64,000 bases of DNA from an uncultured Pseudomonadota bacterium (GCA_963836235.1 CAWIIP010000002.1:1856001-1920000), one strand, 5' to 3'. Shown: positions 9,119 through 18,555, counted from the first letter of the stretch. The notes: generated by a model from the letters alone, not told the origin. Numbers and translations are program-made.

Positions 9119-9721
9119 GTGGCGGGCCCTGTTTCGGGCCCGGTCACCCTTTTGGCCGGGACTCCTTCCAACCGCCGCATGGAACCCGCCAAGCTGGGGA
9201 TTCTCTTGTTTATCGCTGCGGAAATCATGTTTTTCAGCGGATTAATCAGCGCCTTCGTGGTCTTCCGTTTCAGCCCCGTCCAATGGCCGCCCGCGGGCCA
9301 ACCCCGTCTGCCCCTGGAAGTGACCTCCGTGAATACCCTCATTCTGCTCTTAAGCGGTGTTACTTTTTTCCTCACCTTTAGGGCTTTGAAAGCTTCCCAG
9401 GAAGTGCTTTTTAAAAAACTCCTTACCTTGACCGCGGTCCTGGGTCTGGTTTTCCTCCTGGTTCAGGGTTTCGAGTGGATAAGACTGTTGCATTTCGGCC
9501 TGACCCTCCACAACAGCATTTTCGGCGGCTTTTTTTATTGCCTGGTGGGTGTCCATGCCGTCCATGTGGCCGGGGGATTGGCCGCCCTTCTTTTCGTGTT
9601 GGCCCGTGCCTGGCAGGGAGCCTATAGCGCCGGGAAAAGTCTAGGAGTGGAACTCTGCCGGATGTATTGGTTTTTTGTGGTCGGCCTTTGGCCGATTCTT
9701 TTCGCGCTCGTTTATCTGTAA
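9119..9721 (+). CDS. heme-copper oxidase subunit III (copy 2)
   Basis: LGILLFIAAEIMFF, WPPAGQPRLP, GVHAVHV, YWFFVVGLW. Confidence 0.92.
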   Translation: MAGPVSGPVTLLAGTPSNRRMEPAKLGILLFIAAEIMFFSGLISAFVVFRFSPVQWPPAGQPRLPLEVTSVNTLILLLSGVTFFLTFRALKASQEVLFKKLLTLTAVLGLVFLLVQGFEWIRLLHFGLTLHNSIFGGFFYCLVGVHAVHVAGGLAALLFVLARAWQGAYSAGKSLGVELCRMYWFFVVGLWPILFALVYL

Positions 9722-9742
9722 GCTGTTGATAGAGGATTCAGA

Positions 9743-9973
9743 ATGACTCGAAAAATTCAACTTAAAACCAAGCTCCCAAAGTTCTTTTTATTTCTCGCCT
9801 TCGGACTTCTCCCTGTCTTGTCTGAAGCCTGCCCCCGGTGCGTGGATGCCACACCTTACAAAACGGGAATGCAAATAGCCGTTGCGGTGCTTCTGCCGAT
9901 TCCGTTTCTCCTGGCTTATGGCCTTTATCTTTGGATTCGAAACGAATCTAAAGCTGAGTCTTCCGAGATTTAA
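9743..9973 (+). CDS. small exported membrane protein with CxxC, end of cox operon
   Basis: Signal-like N-terminus, ACPRC, one TM helix; AGAGGA SD. Confidence 0.7.
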   Translation: MTRKIQLKTKLPKFFLFLAFGLLPVLSEACPRCVDATPYKTGMQIAVAVLLPIPFLLAYGLYLWIRNESKAESSEI

Positions 9974-10329
9974 CGGTTCCTCCGCAAGTTCAATCGGCCA
10001 AATCTTTTTACCCAAGTTTCCGCCCCCGCCGCTTTAAACCTGTCTTGAATTTTTTCAATTCTTCGGATTAAGGTTTGAAAATATTTACTGTTCATAAGTT
10101 GTTTGACCATGGCATAAAGCGGGCCAAACGGGAAAGTTGCGTTTAACCCAATAAAAAAGGGCTATGTAAATTTTTTTAAAAGCCTAGGCCCGTTTCGAGC
10201 GCCGGGATTAAAATAGACTCATTCCAAAACTTCTTTCATCGCCAACCGGTTTACGCCGGAATTTATTTCGGTGAAAGTTTTTCAACTCCAATCCACGACG
10301 ACTTAGAACTTCTCAACCAGGGGGTGCAC

Positions 10330-10602
10330 ATGGAAATTACCAAGAAGGTCAAGATTCTCAACCGTCTCGGGCTGCATTTAAGGGCGGCGGCTCAGTTCGT
10401 CAAAACATCCTGCAAATTCAAGTGCCGTATCATTGTGAGAAACCACATGGGCCCGGTTGATGGCAAGAGCCTGCTCAACCTGATGACCTTGGCGGCCAGT
10501 TACGGTTCCGAACTGACCATCGTATTCCAGGGGGAGGACGCCAAGCTCGCCAGCGATGAAATTCAAAACCTTTTTTTGACAAGATTCGGCGAAAAAGAAT
10601 AG
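10330..10602 (+). CDS. ptsH: HPr family phosphocarrier protein
   Basis: NRLGLHLRAAAQFV (His15) and DGKSLLNLM (Ser46); C-terminal FGE. Confidence 0.9.
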   Translation: MEITKKVKILNRLGLHLRAAAQFVKTSCKFKCRIIVRNHMGPVDGKSLLNLMTLAASYGSELTIVFQGEDAKLASDEIQNLFLTRFGEKE

Positions 10603-10626
10603 TCGATAGCTTTAAAACCGGGGTTC

Positions 10627-10660
10627 AAGGCCTTCTCCCATCAGGGAGACGGCCTTTTTT
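10627..10660 (+). terminator. intrinsic terminator between convergent ptsH and cyclase genes
   Basis: AAGGCCTTCTCCC-ATCA-GGGAGACGGCCTTTTTT. Confidence 0.8.
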
Positions 10661-10678
10661 ATTTGACCCGAAAGAAAG

Positions 10679-12193
10679 TCAAACCCGCATTCCTGTCACC
10701 TCGTAAATCGTCACGGGTTCAACGCGGCCCCGCACGTTCACATTATCCACGAAACGGGTTTCGGCGATTTTTTTCACCGCATTGTAGGTTTCCTCGCTGA
10801 TGAGGGTGGAAGTTTTGTATTCTTTATTTAGGCTCTCCAGGCGAGAGGCCAGGTTGACCGCGTCGCCGATGGCGCTGTATTCCATTCGTTTTTCCGAGCC
10901 GATATTCCCGACGACGATTTCTCCCGTGTGGATGCCGATACCGATCTTGAATTCCGGCAGTCCCTGTTTGGCCCAACGCCAGGACAGGTCGGCAGCGGCC
11001 TTTTGCATGTCGACCGCGGCCCGAACCGCCCGTTCCTCGTCATTACCCAGGCTGAGGGGTGCCCCGAAGAGCGCCATGACCGCGTCCCCGATAAACTTGT
11101 CGAGAGTACCCTCATGTTTGAAAACGATGTCGATCATCAGAGCCAGGTACTCGTTCAAGCGGGCCACGATCACCTCCGGTGGGACTTTTTCGGACATGGA
11201 GGTGAAACCCCGGATATCGGAAAAGAGGATGGTGACCCGCCGCCGTTCGGCATCCCAGAAGGACTTTTCTGGGTTGGCCAGAATTTTATCGGCGATCTGG
11301 CGGCTGACGTAGCGCCCGAATTGCTGGCGATAAAGTTCCCGTTCCCTCAAACCCTTGGCCATCAGGTTGAAGGCCTTGGCAAAGTCGCCCACCTCGTCGT
11401 TTTGGGCAATGGGTACCCGGTAATCGAAATCACCATTGGCCATTGCCTGGGTTCCGGCGATCAAGGTCTTAATCGGCCGGGTTACCTGCCTGGCTAGGGG
11501 AAGGCTCAAAACCAGGCACAGAAACAACCCCACCAAGGCGCATCCCAGGGAGCGCCTCCGGAAGCTTTGCAGGGCGTCGGCGACGGTTTGGGCGCTGGCA
11601 TCCACGCTTAAAACGCCTACGGGGTTTCCCGCCCGATTGAAAATGGGTGCACTGGCCGAGATGAGGCTGCCCCAGCCTTGGTAATCCCGCAATTGGTCCT
11701 CGGCCATGGGCTTTCTCAAGGGCTTGAGCCAGCGCGGGTCATAAGTGAAGTCCTCGGTGGCGCCGAGCGGGGAAAAATCCTTGGAATCCTCGGAAGCCGA
11801 ATCCACCACATAACGCCAGAGGCCGGGCTTGCTCGTGGGAGCCATCGTATAGAGAAAACGGAAACGGATTTGGCCGTTGACGGTTTTTAGCCGGCGCAAA
11901 CGCGATTGGATTTTTCGGTAATCCTTCGAACTCATCTGGGAAGGCCGGGTGAGTTTGGCGAAAGCGTCTCCATCGATGTTTTGGGCGCCGTTCACGACGA
12001 CAGTGACGAGCTTCTGGCCGAATTCCTCAATAATGCTTTGGGCGGCGAGGCGGTAAAGGATGATGGAAGTGGCCGATAAGACAATTAGGAAGCCGAAGCC
12101 CATGACCGCGGCGATTTTGACACGGAAGGGAATCCTCATGTTTTGAAAGAGTGAAAATTTGTCCGCCTGAGTTTTAGGGAGTGTCATTCCCAA
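10679..12193 (-). CDS. membrane-bound class III adenylate/guanylate cyclase with periplasmic sensor and HAMP
   Basis: 2 TM; HAMP (DEVGDFAKAFN); ILFSDIRGFT, DKFIGDAVM, GIGIHTG, IGDAVNLASRLE. Confidence 0.95.
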   Translation of the reverse strand: MGMTLPKTQADKFSLFQNMRIPFRVKIAAVMGFGFLIVLSATSIILYRLAAQSIIEEFGQKLVTVVVNGAQNIDGDAFAKLTRPSQMSSKDYRKIQSRLRRLKTVNGQIRFRFLYTMAPTSKPGLWRYVVDSASEDSKDFSPLGATEDFTYDPRWLKPLRKPMAEDQLRDYQGWGSLISASAPIFNRAGNPVGVLSVDASAQTVADALQSFRRRSLGCALVGLFLCLVLSLPLARQVTRPIKTLIAGTQAMANGDFDYRVPIAQNDEVGDFAKAFNLMAKGLRERELYRQQFGRYVSRQIADKILANPEKSFWDAERRRVTILFSDIRGFTSMSEKVPPEVIVARLNEYLALMIDIVFKHEGTLDKFIGDAVMALFGAPLSLGNDEERAVRAAVDMQKAAADLSWRWAKQGLPEFKIGIGIHTGEIVVGNIGSEKRMEYSAIGDAVNLASRLESLNKEYKTSTLISEETYNAVKKIAETRFVDNVNVRGRVEPVTIYEVTGMRV

Positions 12194-12274
12194 GAATCAT
12201 AACCAGAGAGCCGAAGAAAGGGGAAGCCCTAAACGAAAACCGCTGAAAACTTTAGATGAAGGGCGTCAGGAAGT

Positions 12275-13462
12275 TTAAGCGGCCCGAAGAGAAGCGGATT
12301 TCTTGATGAAAAAGAGAAGAAGGGAAGCCAATAAGGCGAAGGCGGCTCCCAGCTTAAAAGCCATGGGATAGCCCCAATGCCCGCCCACGAAACCGAAAAT
12401 CAGGCTGGCGGGTAGTGCTCCCAACCCCGTCACCAGGTAGTAATAGCCGAAAGCTGTGCCGCGCAGGGCTTGGGGCGCCAAATCCCCGATAAAGGCTTTT
12501 TCGGAGGGTTCGCAGATGCCGTAATAAAGGCCATAGGCCATGAAAAGGAAGATTCCCATCCCCTTTTGGTCCGCCAGCCCGAAAGCTAGATAAATGAGGG
12601 CGTAATAGAGCCATCCCGAGACGATGACCGACTTGCGGCCGAAGCGGTCGGAGAAAGTCCCCCCGTAATAGGACGAGAGCATCCGCACTCCCCCATTCAA
12701 GCCCCAAAGGGCAAAAATGAGGGAAGCGGAGACACCCAATTGGGACAATCGGATAATTAAGAAGGCGTCGGTGGAATTGCCGAGGGTAAAGAGAAACAGG
12801 ACTCCCAAAAGAAACTTAAAATCCGGTCCCAGTTTTTTCCAATCCTTTAAAAGGGTTCTGTTTTTCGTTTTTTGGATTTTTTTGGCCGGGGTTTCCTTTA
12901 CCCAGAAAAGAACCAGCCAGGCGGCGATCCCCGGAACAATAGACCACATAATGATAGCCTGAAAAGAAAACCCCAGGGCGGGCAGCACCAGCAGGGCCGC
13001 CAAGAAGGGGCCCAACAATTGCCCCGCGTTGTCCATCGCGCTGTGAAAGCCGTAGGAAGCGCCCAAGTTGGAAGGATTGGTGACATCCGCGATCAAGGCG
13101 TCTTGTGGCGCCGAACGCAAGCCCTTGCCCATGCGGTCTAGAAACCGGAAGAGAAGGACGGCGGGCCAGGTTTGGACCAGGGCGATCATGGGGCGGAAGA
13201 GTCCCGAAATGCTGTAACCCCAGAGGAGGAAGGGTTTTCTTCGCCCTAACCGGTCGGCGCGGATTCCGGAAAAAACTTTGAGGACGGAGGAGGTGGCCTC
13301 CGCCACGCTTTCCACGAGTCCCAATGCTACTGGGCCAGCGCCCAGAACCAGGGTTAAAAATAGCGGAACGACGGGATAAATCATTTCCTTGGCTAGGTCG
13401 TTGAAAAGGCTCACGAGCCCCAGCTGAAAGACGGTTTTAGGGATTGATTTAAACAATTTCAT
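12275..13462 (-). CDS. MFS transporter
   Basis: Start MKLFKS overlaps VIT1 stop (ATGA); motif A ADRLGRRK and SDRFGRK; 12 TM. Confidence 0.93.
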   Translation of the reverse strand: MKLFKSIPKTVFQLGLVSLFNDLAKEMIYPVVPLFLTLVLGAGPVALGLVESVAEATSSVLKVFSGIRADRLGRRKPFLLWGYSISGLFRPMIALVQTWPAVLLFRFLDRMGKGLRSAPQDALIADVTNPSNLGASYGFHSAMDNAGQLLGPFLAALLVLPALGFSFQAIIMWSIVPGIAAWLVLFWVKETPAKKIQKTKNRTLLKDWKKLGPDFKFLLGVLFLFTLGNSTDAFLIIRLSQLGVSASLIFALWGLNGGVRMLSSYYGGTFSDRFGRKSVIVSGWLYYALIYLAFGLADQKGMGIFLFMAYGLYYGICEPSEKAFIGDLAPQALRGTAFGYYYLVTGLGALPASLIFGFVGGHWGYPMAFKLGAAFALLASLLLFFIKKSASLRAA

Positions 13463-14172
13463 CCGTTGATCGCTCGGGCCAGCAGGAAGGCGGCTCCAGC
13501 GGCGGCGATGCCGATCAGGGTAACCATCGCGGCACCTTTCCAGGGGTTCTGGCCCGTGAACTTGGCCTTGAAATAGCCGAAGAGGAGCAGGCAGACGACG
13601 GTGATGACGGAAGAATCCACCAGGCCCTGGCGGGGAGTGGCGCAAAAGAAATATGCCGAAAGGGGCACCAGGCCGCCCAGGGCGTAGGAAATCCCGATGC
13701 GGAAAGCGCTCAAGTAAGCCTGTTTCGGGTCGGGCTTTTCCAGGCCCAACTCGAAGCGCATCATGAAGTCCACCCACTTTTCATGGTCCTTAGCCAGGTC
13801 GTCAGCCACCCGCTGGCGTACTTCAGGTGAAATGCCGTAAGTCTCCAGGATGTTTTTGATCTCCTCTTCTTCTTCCTTGGGGATTTCCTTGACTTCCCTT
13901 TTCTCCCTTTCCTGTTCCCCCTCGTAATGCTCGATCTCGGTCTGACCCGCTAGGAAGCCGCCCAGCCCCATCGAGATGGTTCCGGCGATGATTTCGGCCA
14001 GCCCCGCGATCAGGATGATGGAATTATTCGAAACGGCTCCGCTGAGTCCCGCCGCGAGGGCGAAGGGAACGGTCAGGCCGTCGGAAATGCCTACCACAAT
14101 GTCCCGCAGAGCCAGGGTGGAAAGGGAATGCTTTTCGTGGTGATGGTGGTGGTGGGGAATGGGGGTCGGCAT
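13459..14172 (-). CDS. VIT1/CCC1 family Fe/Mn transporter
   Basis: DIVVGISDGLTVPFALAAGLSG, MGLGGFLA, FMMRFELG; His-rich N-terminus. Confidence 0.95.
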   Translation of the reverse strand: MPTPIPHHHHHHEKHSLSTLALRDIVVGISDGLTVPFALAAGLSGAVSNNSIILIAGLAEIIAGTISMGLGGFLAGQTEIEHYEGEQEREKREVKEIPKEEEEEIKNILETYGISPEVRQRVADDLAKDHEKWVDFMMRFELGLEKPDPKQAYLSAFRIGISYALGGLVPLSAYFFCATPRQGLVDSSVITVVCLLLFGYFKAKFTGQNPWKGAAMVTLIGIAAAGAAFLLARAING

Positions 14173-14194
14173 GAGTTCCTTCCGGGTGAAATAG

Positions 14195-14228
14195 AAACAA
14201 AAGCCTTCGGTTCCCCGGAGGCTTTTTG
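14195..14228 (-). terminator. intrinsic terminator inside the 5' leader of the VIT1 gene (attenuator)
   Basis: Minus strand AAAAGCCTCCGG-GGAA-CCGAAGGCTTTTGTTT about 25 nt upstream of the start codon. Confidence 0.7.
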
Positions 14229-14232
14229 ATCT

Positions 14233-14325
14233 TAAAGCAGGGCGAGTCCCAACTCAAGAGTTCCCTTTGCCCCGACAGATTGGGAAAAATCGATATTGGG
14301 CTATCATCGTCTGTTCCGCTCTTTA
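14233..14325 (-). ncRNA. candidate czcD (NiCo)-like metal riboswitch aptamer
   Basis: GCGG-AACAGACGATGA...TGTCGGGGC...AACTC-TT-GAGTTGGGAC-TCGC resembles the czcD core from memory; lies upstream of a terminator and a metal exporter. Confidence 0.45.
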
Positions 14326-14370
14326 TAAAATAACATTTTCGTTTTCACGAAATCCGAAAAGGAAACGTTC

Positions 14371-15210
14371 ATTAAAAAAACCGTTCTCATTACAGGCACC
14401 TCGAGCGGCATCGGCCATGAGGCCGCGATTCATTTTGTCGAAAAGGGGTGGAATGTTATCGCCACCATGCGCCAGCTTCCAGGTGACAAGGAAGGAGCGG
14501 TTTCGGACAATTGGCTCAACTTGCGCCTGGATGTTCAGGACCCGGCCAGCATCGGCCTGGTGATCAAGGCGGGCCTGGCCCGGTTCGGGAAGATCGACGC
14601 GCTCCTGAATAACGCGGGTTTCGGCCTGTCCGGCCTCTTTGAGTCCATTTCTCCTGGAAAAGTACAGGAACAATTCGACGTGAATGTCTTCGGGGTGATG
14701 AACGTGACACGGGCTATCCTGCCGCATTTTCGAAAGAACGGTGGGGGCCTGATCCTTAACGTCAGCTCCCGGGGCGGGATGGTGGGACTACCGCTGATGT
14801 CGCTTTATTGCGCCAGCAAGTTTGCTCTGGAAGGCTTTTCGGAGGCGCTGGCTTACGAGCTGTCTTCCCAGAAAATCACGGTCAAGATTATCGCCCCTGC
14901 CGGAGGGGTGGCTACCCGGTTCGGCCCCAGGCTGGTGGCGGAACAGGCCCATCACCTGTCCCTGCCTGATTACGACGCCTTTACCGCCGCCGTCGCCCAA
15001 GCCAACACCCGGTTCATAGGCCTACGCCAGGGCTTTTCCACCAGCGTCGAAGAGGTGGCCAAAACCATTTATGACGCCGCCACCGACGGCACCGATCGCC
15101 TGCGCTATACCGTGGGCCACGATATCCCGCCTTTCCTCAAGGCCAAGAGGGAATTGGCCGACCAGGATTACGTGGATTCGATGAAAAAGGCTTATGGGAT
15201 GGAAGTGTAA
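14371..15210 (+). CDS. SDR family oxidoreductase (apparent ATT start)
   Basis: In-frame extension (I)KKTVLITGTSSGIG upstream of the tracked ORF; NNAG and YCASK motifs. Confidence 0.88.
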   Translation: MKKTVLITGTSSGIGHEAAIHFVEKGWNVIATMRQLPGDKEGAVSDNWLNLRLDVQDPASIGLVIKAGLARFGKIDALLNNAGFGLSGLFESISPGKVQEQFDVNVFGVMNVTRAILPHFRKNGGGLILNVSSRGGMVGLPLMSLYCASKFALEGFSEALAYELSSQKITVKIIAPAGGVATRFGPRLVAEQAHHLSLPDYDAFTAAVAQANTRFIGLRQGFSTSVEEVAKTIYDAATDGTDRLRYTVGHDIPPFLKAKRELADQDYVDSMKKAYGMEV

Positions 15211-15424
15211 TCTTTTGAGATGAATAAAACTTCCCTACTTCGCCTGAATCCAGACTTGGGAAATAACCCATGATATAATCGCCCTCTTCCTTGGCCTGCT
15301 TGTTTTGGAAGGCATTTAATGAAAGGTCTCGAACATTAAATTTGAATATCTTCCTTAAATTTATTGGGTTTTTTATTAAGATACTCCCGATTCTTTACGG
15401 GTGCACTTTACAGAAGGGGCTGTC

Positions 15425-16201
15425 ATGAAAAGAATGCTTTTGTCGCTCTTGATCCTGTTTCTCACCGCCGGGTTGCTGAGGGCCGCGACCGAGGCTATCT
15501 TCACCTCCGTCACCGGCAAGGTCGAATTGAAAGGTCAAAAGGGACACAAATCCCGTCCCGCCCGTCCCGACGCCACGGTGGTAGAAGGGCAGAGGATCAT
15601 GACCGGCTCCGACGGCAAAGCTACCCTGAAAACTTTCGACGGGTCCGAAATCCAAATCAGCCCTAATACGGACTTCCAGCTCACCCAACTTCAAAAACCG
15701 TCGGCGGTGGATAAGGTAATTCAGTTTAAGTTATTCGTGGGCAAACTTTTCGCTTCCGTCCGGAAGCTGGCTTCGTCCAAGTCCTCCTTCGAAATCGAGG
15801 CCGGGGGCGTCGTTTGCGGCGTCCGGGGAACCCAATACTCGGTCTTTTACGATCCCGCCACGGGTAAGGTGGACGTGGTGGTGAAGGATGGGACGGTTTG
15901 GACAACCGCCGATGGCAAGACACAGGAATTCCACGGGGGGCAGGGGGGAACCTACTTTAACGGCAACTGGGACCTTCATCTGCCGCCAGCCGCCGGAAAT
16001 CCGGGGGGCCTGGGGTTCATCACTTCCAATCCCTTTTACGGTTTTAACGGCACGGGCTCTGATGATTTTAACAACCCGCTCACCGACCTTCCCGGTGGGA
16101 TTGGTGGGGTTACAGGAGAAATTGGGAGCCACGGAGTCGCGGGCCTGGGAGCTCACAACGTCCTGAATTTGCAGTTGGGGTTTCCCCAATATCTTCCCTA
16201 G
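15425..16201 (+). CDS. secreted FecR-domain protein
   Basis: Signal peptide; G.RIMTGSDGKA.L...DGS.I.I.PNT; GVRGTQY..V.V.DG.V; Gly-rich tail. Confidence 0.85.
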   Translation: MKRMLLSLLILFLTAGLLRAATEAIFTSVTGKVELKGQKGHKSRPARPDATVVEGQRIMTGSDGKATLKTFDGSEIQISPNTDFQLTQLQKPSAVDKVIQFKLFVGKLFASVRKLASSKSSFEIEAGGVVCGVRGTQYSVFYDPATGKVDVVVKDGTVWTTADGKTQEFHGGQGGTYFNGNWDLHLPPAAGNPGGLGFITSNPFYGFNGTGSDDFNNPLTDLPGGIGGVTGEIGSHGVAGLGAHNVLNLQLGFPQYLP

Positions 16202-16258
16202 CACTAATGAGGCGCGTTGTCGGGACACATCAAGTAATAATTTAAGGAAAAAGATTTC

Positions 16259-17437
16259 ATGAAATTAGACCTAATCCGAATCTGGGTGGTTTTGGTGGTG
16301 GGACTTTTTTTATTCGGGGGCCCGGCTTGGGCTGACCAGGAAGAACTCCAACTCGGCTATGTCTACGATTCTTGGACCAGCAACTCCCTCTACCACGGAA
16401 CAGAACAGCGAGTGCCCTTGGGCTATTATTTTTCCTCGCCCAATTTCACCCTTTCCCTGACCACCGCCTTCGTCGCGGGGGATTACGTGGAAGATTCCGA
16501 CGCCACCTATGGCATCACGGGGTCGGAATACAAATCCAGCCAATTTTCCGACACCGACTTGGGAGTCAATTGGGCTTTGGACATGGGAAATTCCTGGCGG
16601 TCCAACCTATACGGAACTCTTAATTTTCCAACGGGTGACCAAAGTTGGGAGATCGCGGAACAAAACGGGTCCATTCCCTTTATCTTCGAGCCGAGCTATT
16701 ATCACGGCGGAGGTTGGGGAGGAAACTTTTTTTATACCCTTTCCCAAACGACCGCCGGTTCCTCCTTCGGCCTTGGCGCCGGCTTCATGGCTACCAGCGT
16801 TTATGACACAAACCTTTCCACGGAAAGCACCTTTAGCCCCGGTGACAACTTAGTGGCCCTTGCCACGCTGGGCTTTCGTATGTCAAGTGCGGACACTTGG
16901 GGTTTTCGGCTGGTGCACACTTTTCCTTTCGAATCAACTTATTCGGACCCTTCGGAGGACTTTACCGAAGGAGCTGGGACCATCTTCACGACCCAATGGA
17001 TTAGCCAGATGGGGAAGGACAAGCTGGTCGTGAACGTCTCTTACAGTTTTTACGATGCGGGTTCCACAGCCCAAACCCAGTCCCCCAATTCCCTGGTGCC
17101 AGATCCGGGGGCTTACTTCGGCGACCGCCTGGAAATCCACCCCATCCTCGGCTATACAATAGCCCCGGGAGTGGTCTTGGAGACGGGGTTTCTCTGGGAT
17201 TGGATCCAACCCAACGGTTATCCTCAATCCTCCCTTCAGGGAGGGCTTAACGAATATGAAGGCGGCGGAAACCTTTTCGGAGGCGAGCAAAGCATCACCT
17301 TTCAGCTCTCCCCTGGATTATTCTGGAACCTCGCGGGGCTCTATCACAACATCGCCAATATCAATGCTGGGGAAAACAACCAAACCATCACTTACCAGCG
17401 CTTTACTTTAGGAACGAATGTGGGGTTCAAATGGTGA
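16259..17437 (+). CDS. putative outer-membrane beta-barrel protein
   Basis: Signal peptide; alternating aromatic/Gly strands; C-terminal GTNVGFKW. Confidence 0.7.
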   Translation: MKLDLIRIWVVLVVGLFLFGGPAWADQEELQLGYVYDSWTSNSLYHGTEQRVPLGYYFSSPNFTLSLTTAFVAGDYVEDSDATYGITGSEYKSSQFSDTDLGVNWALDMGNSWRSNLYGTLNFPTGDQSWEIAEQNGSIPFIFEPSYYHGGGWGGNFFYTLSQTTAGSSFGLGAGFMATSVYDTNLSTESTFSPGDNLVALATLGFRMSSADTWGFRLVHTFPFESTYSDPSEDFTEGAGTIFTTQWISQMGKDKLVVNVSYSFYDAGSTAQTQSPNSLVPDPGAYFGDRLEIHPILGYTIAPGVVLETGFLWDWIQPNGYPQSSLQGGLNEYEGGGNLFGGEQSITFQLSPGLFWNLAGLYHNIANINAGENNQTITYQRFTLGTNVGFKW

Positions 17438-18555
17438 AAAAAACTTTTTTCTCGCTGTTCGCCGGGGCTCTCGTTCTGGCGGGATGGATGGCCGGATGCA
17501 ATAAGCCGGGGAATCCAGTGGTTCCCGCCAATTCGGCGGTGTTGAACCTGGTGATTCCCTCGAAAATCCTGAATGCCAAACCCTCGGCCAAAGTGTTGAA
17601 AGCTATCTCGAAGGACGTAGTTCCCGATACCAGCGAGGGGGCTTTTGAATATTACCTGATTGCGGATGGGGAAGCCCCGGTCACAGGTTACGTCCTGTTC
17701 AACAGCGGCTCCGAGGTGGGCAATATCTTCATTAAACTTCCCAAGGCAGGGAACTGGGTTGTTTCGGGCGAATGGTTTTATGTCTATAACCCTTCCGCAA
17801 GTTTTACCCGGCCCACGGCGAAACTGGCCTTGACCGGCGGTCTGGCCGCTATTCCGGAATTCGTGGGCGCCGATATGGTCAATGTCCAAGGGACCACTGC
17901 CTTTACCTTGAACATGGAGGATATTGGCTATCAGGAATATACCTGTTATTCGGGGAATCTCACCGATTCCACGAACTGCGATTACAATCTAGGCGGAGGC
18001 ACCACGTTCTATACCGGAAGCTGGGAGGACCTTTATTCCTTTAATAACGGGACGGCGACATCCTCGATATTTGGGGGGACGGGAGACATACAAGCTTTAT
18101 TTGACAAGACCACCCAGTCTACTTACCTGTCGGGGCCGCCACCCATCGTTACAGCGGGTCCTCCGCCGACTCCGCCCTCCCTTTTCACGTACCTGGGGAA
18201 TGGAGACCTGGTGAATTTCCCCGTAATTCCCGCAGGCACGGTTTATTATCCTAACACCATGTTGGCGAAGACGGCGGTGGTGGGCTCGGCCGCGGCAACC
18301 GTGGCTGGAGACGATATTTTTGTGGTCAAAGTTCCTTCCACCAACGCTATCGCCTGGGTCCAACTGAACCCACCCTCTTACGATTGCGTAGCGGCGCCCA
18401 GTAGTTCCCTGAATAGTTTTGTTTTCGTCTATAACAACGAGGGGTTGAATTACATGAAGTTCGACCAAACGGCCGATGGCGCGGCCAATTGCAATCTAAA
18501 CACGCCCTTGCCCAGCAATTCCCCGGCGAAGCCCGGGGTTTTTCCCACTCCCTGA
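17431..18555 (+). CDS. hypothetical lipoprotein
   Basis: Lipobox WMAG-C; overlaps the upstream stop. Confidence 0.75.
   Translation: MVKKTFFSLFAGALVLAGWMAGCNKPGNPVVPANSAVLNLVIPSKILNAKPSAKVLKAISKDVVPDTSEGAFEYYLIADGEAPVTGYVLFNSGSEVGNIFIKLPKAGNWVVSGEWFYVYNPSASFTRPTAKLALTGGLAAIPEFVGADMVNVQGTTAFTLNMEDIGYQEYTCYSGNLTDSTNCDYNLGGGTTFYTGSWEDLYSFNNGTATSSIFGGTGDIQALFDKTTQSTYLSGPPPIVTAGPPPTPPSLFTYLGNGDLVNFPVIPAGTVYYPNTMLAKTAVVGSAAATVAGDDIFVVKVPSTNAIAWVQLNPPSYDCVAAPSSSLNSFVFVYNNEGLNYMKFDQTADGAANCNLNTPLPSNSPAKPGVFPTP

Noticed and set aside
10110-10125. Possible sigma54 promoter before ptsH (TGGCAT...)
   Set aside because: The -12 element reads GGGC rather than TTGC; too weak.
10226-10281. Hairpin CTTTCATCG...CGGTGAAAG in the ptsH leader
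   Set aside because: Single imperfect stem with no recognisable RNA family motif.
13463-13777. N-terminal extension of the MFS ORF
   Set aside because: Overlaps VIT1 in another frame; the real start is the ATGA-coupled ATG at 13462.
14233-14325. yybP-ykoY (Mn) riboswitch upstream of VIT1
   Set aside because: Lacks the GGGGAGUA...GAGACC signature; the czcD-like reading fits better.
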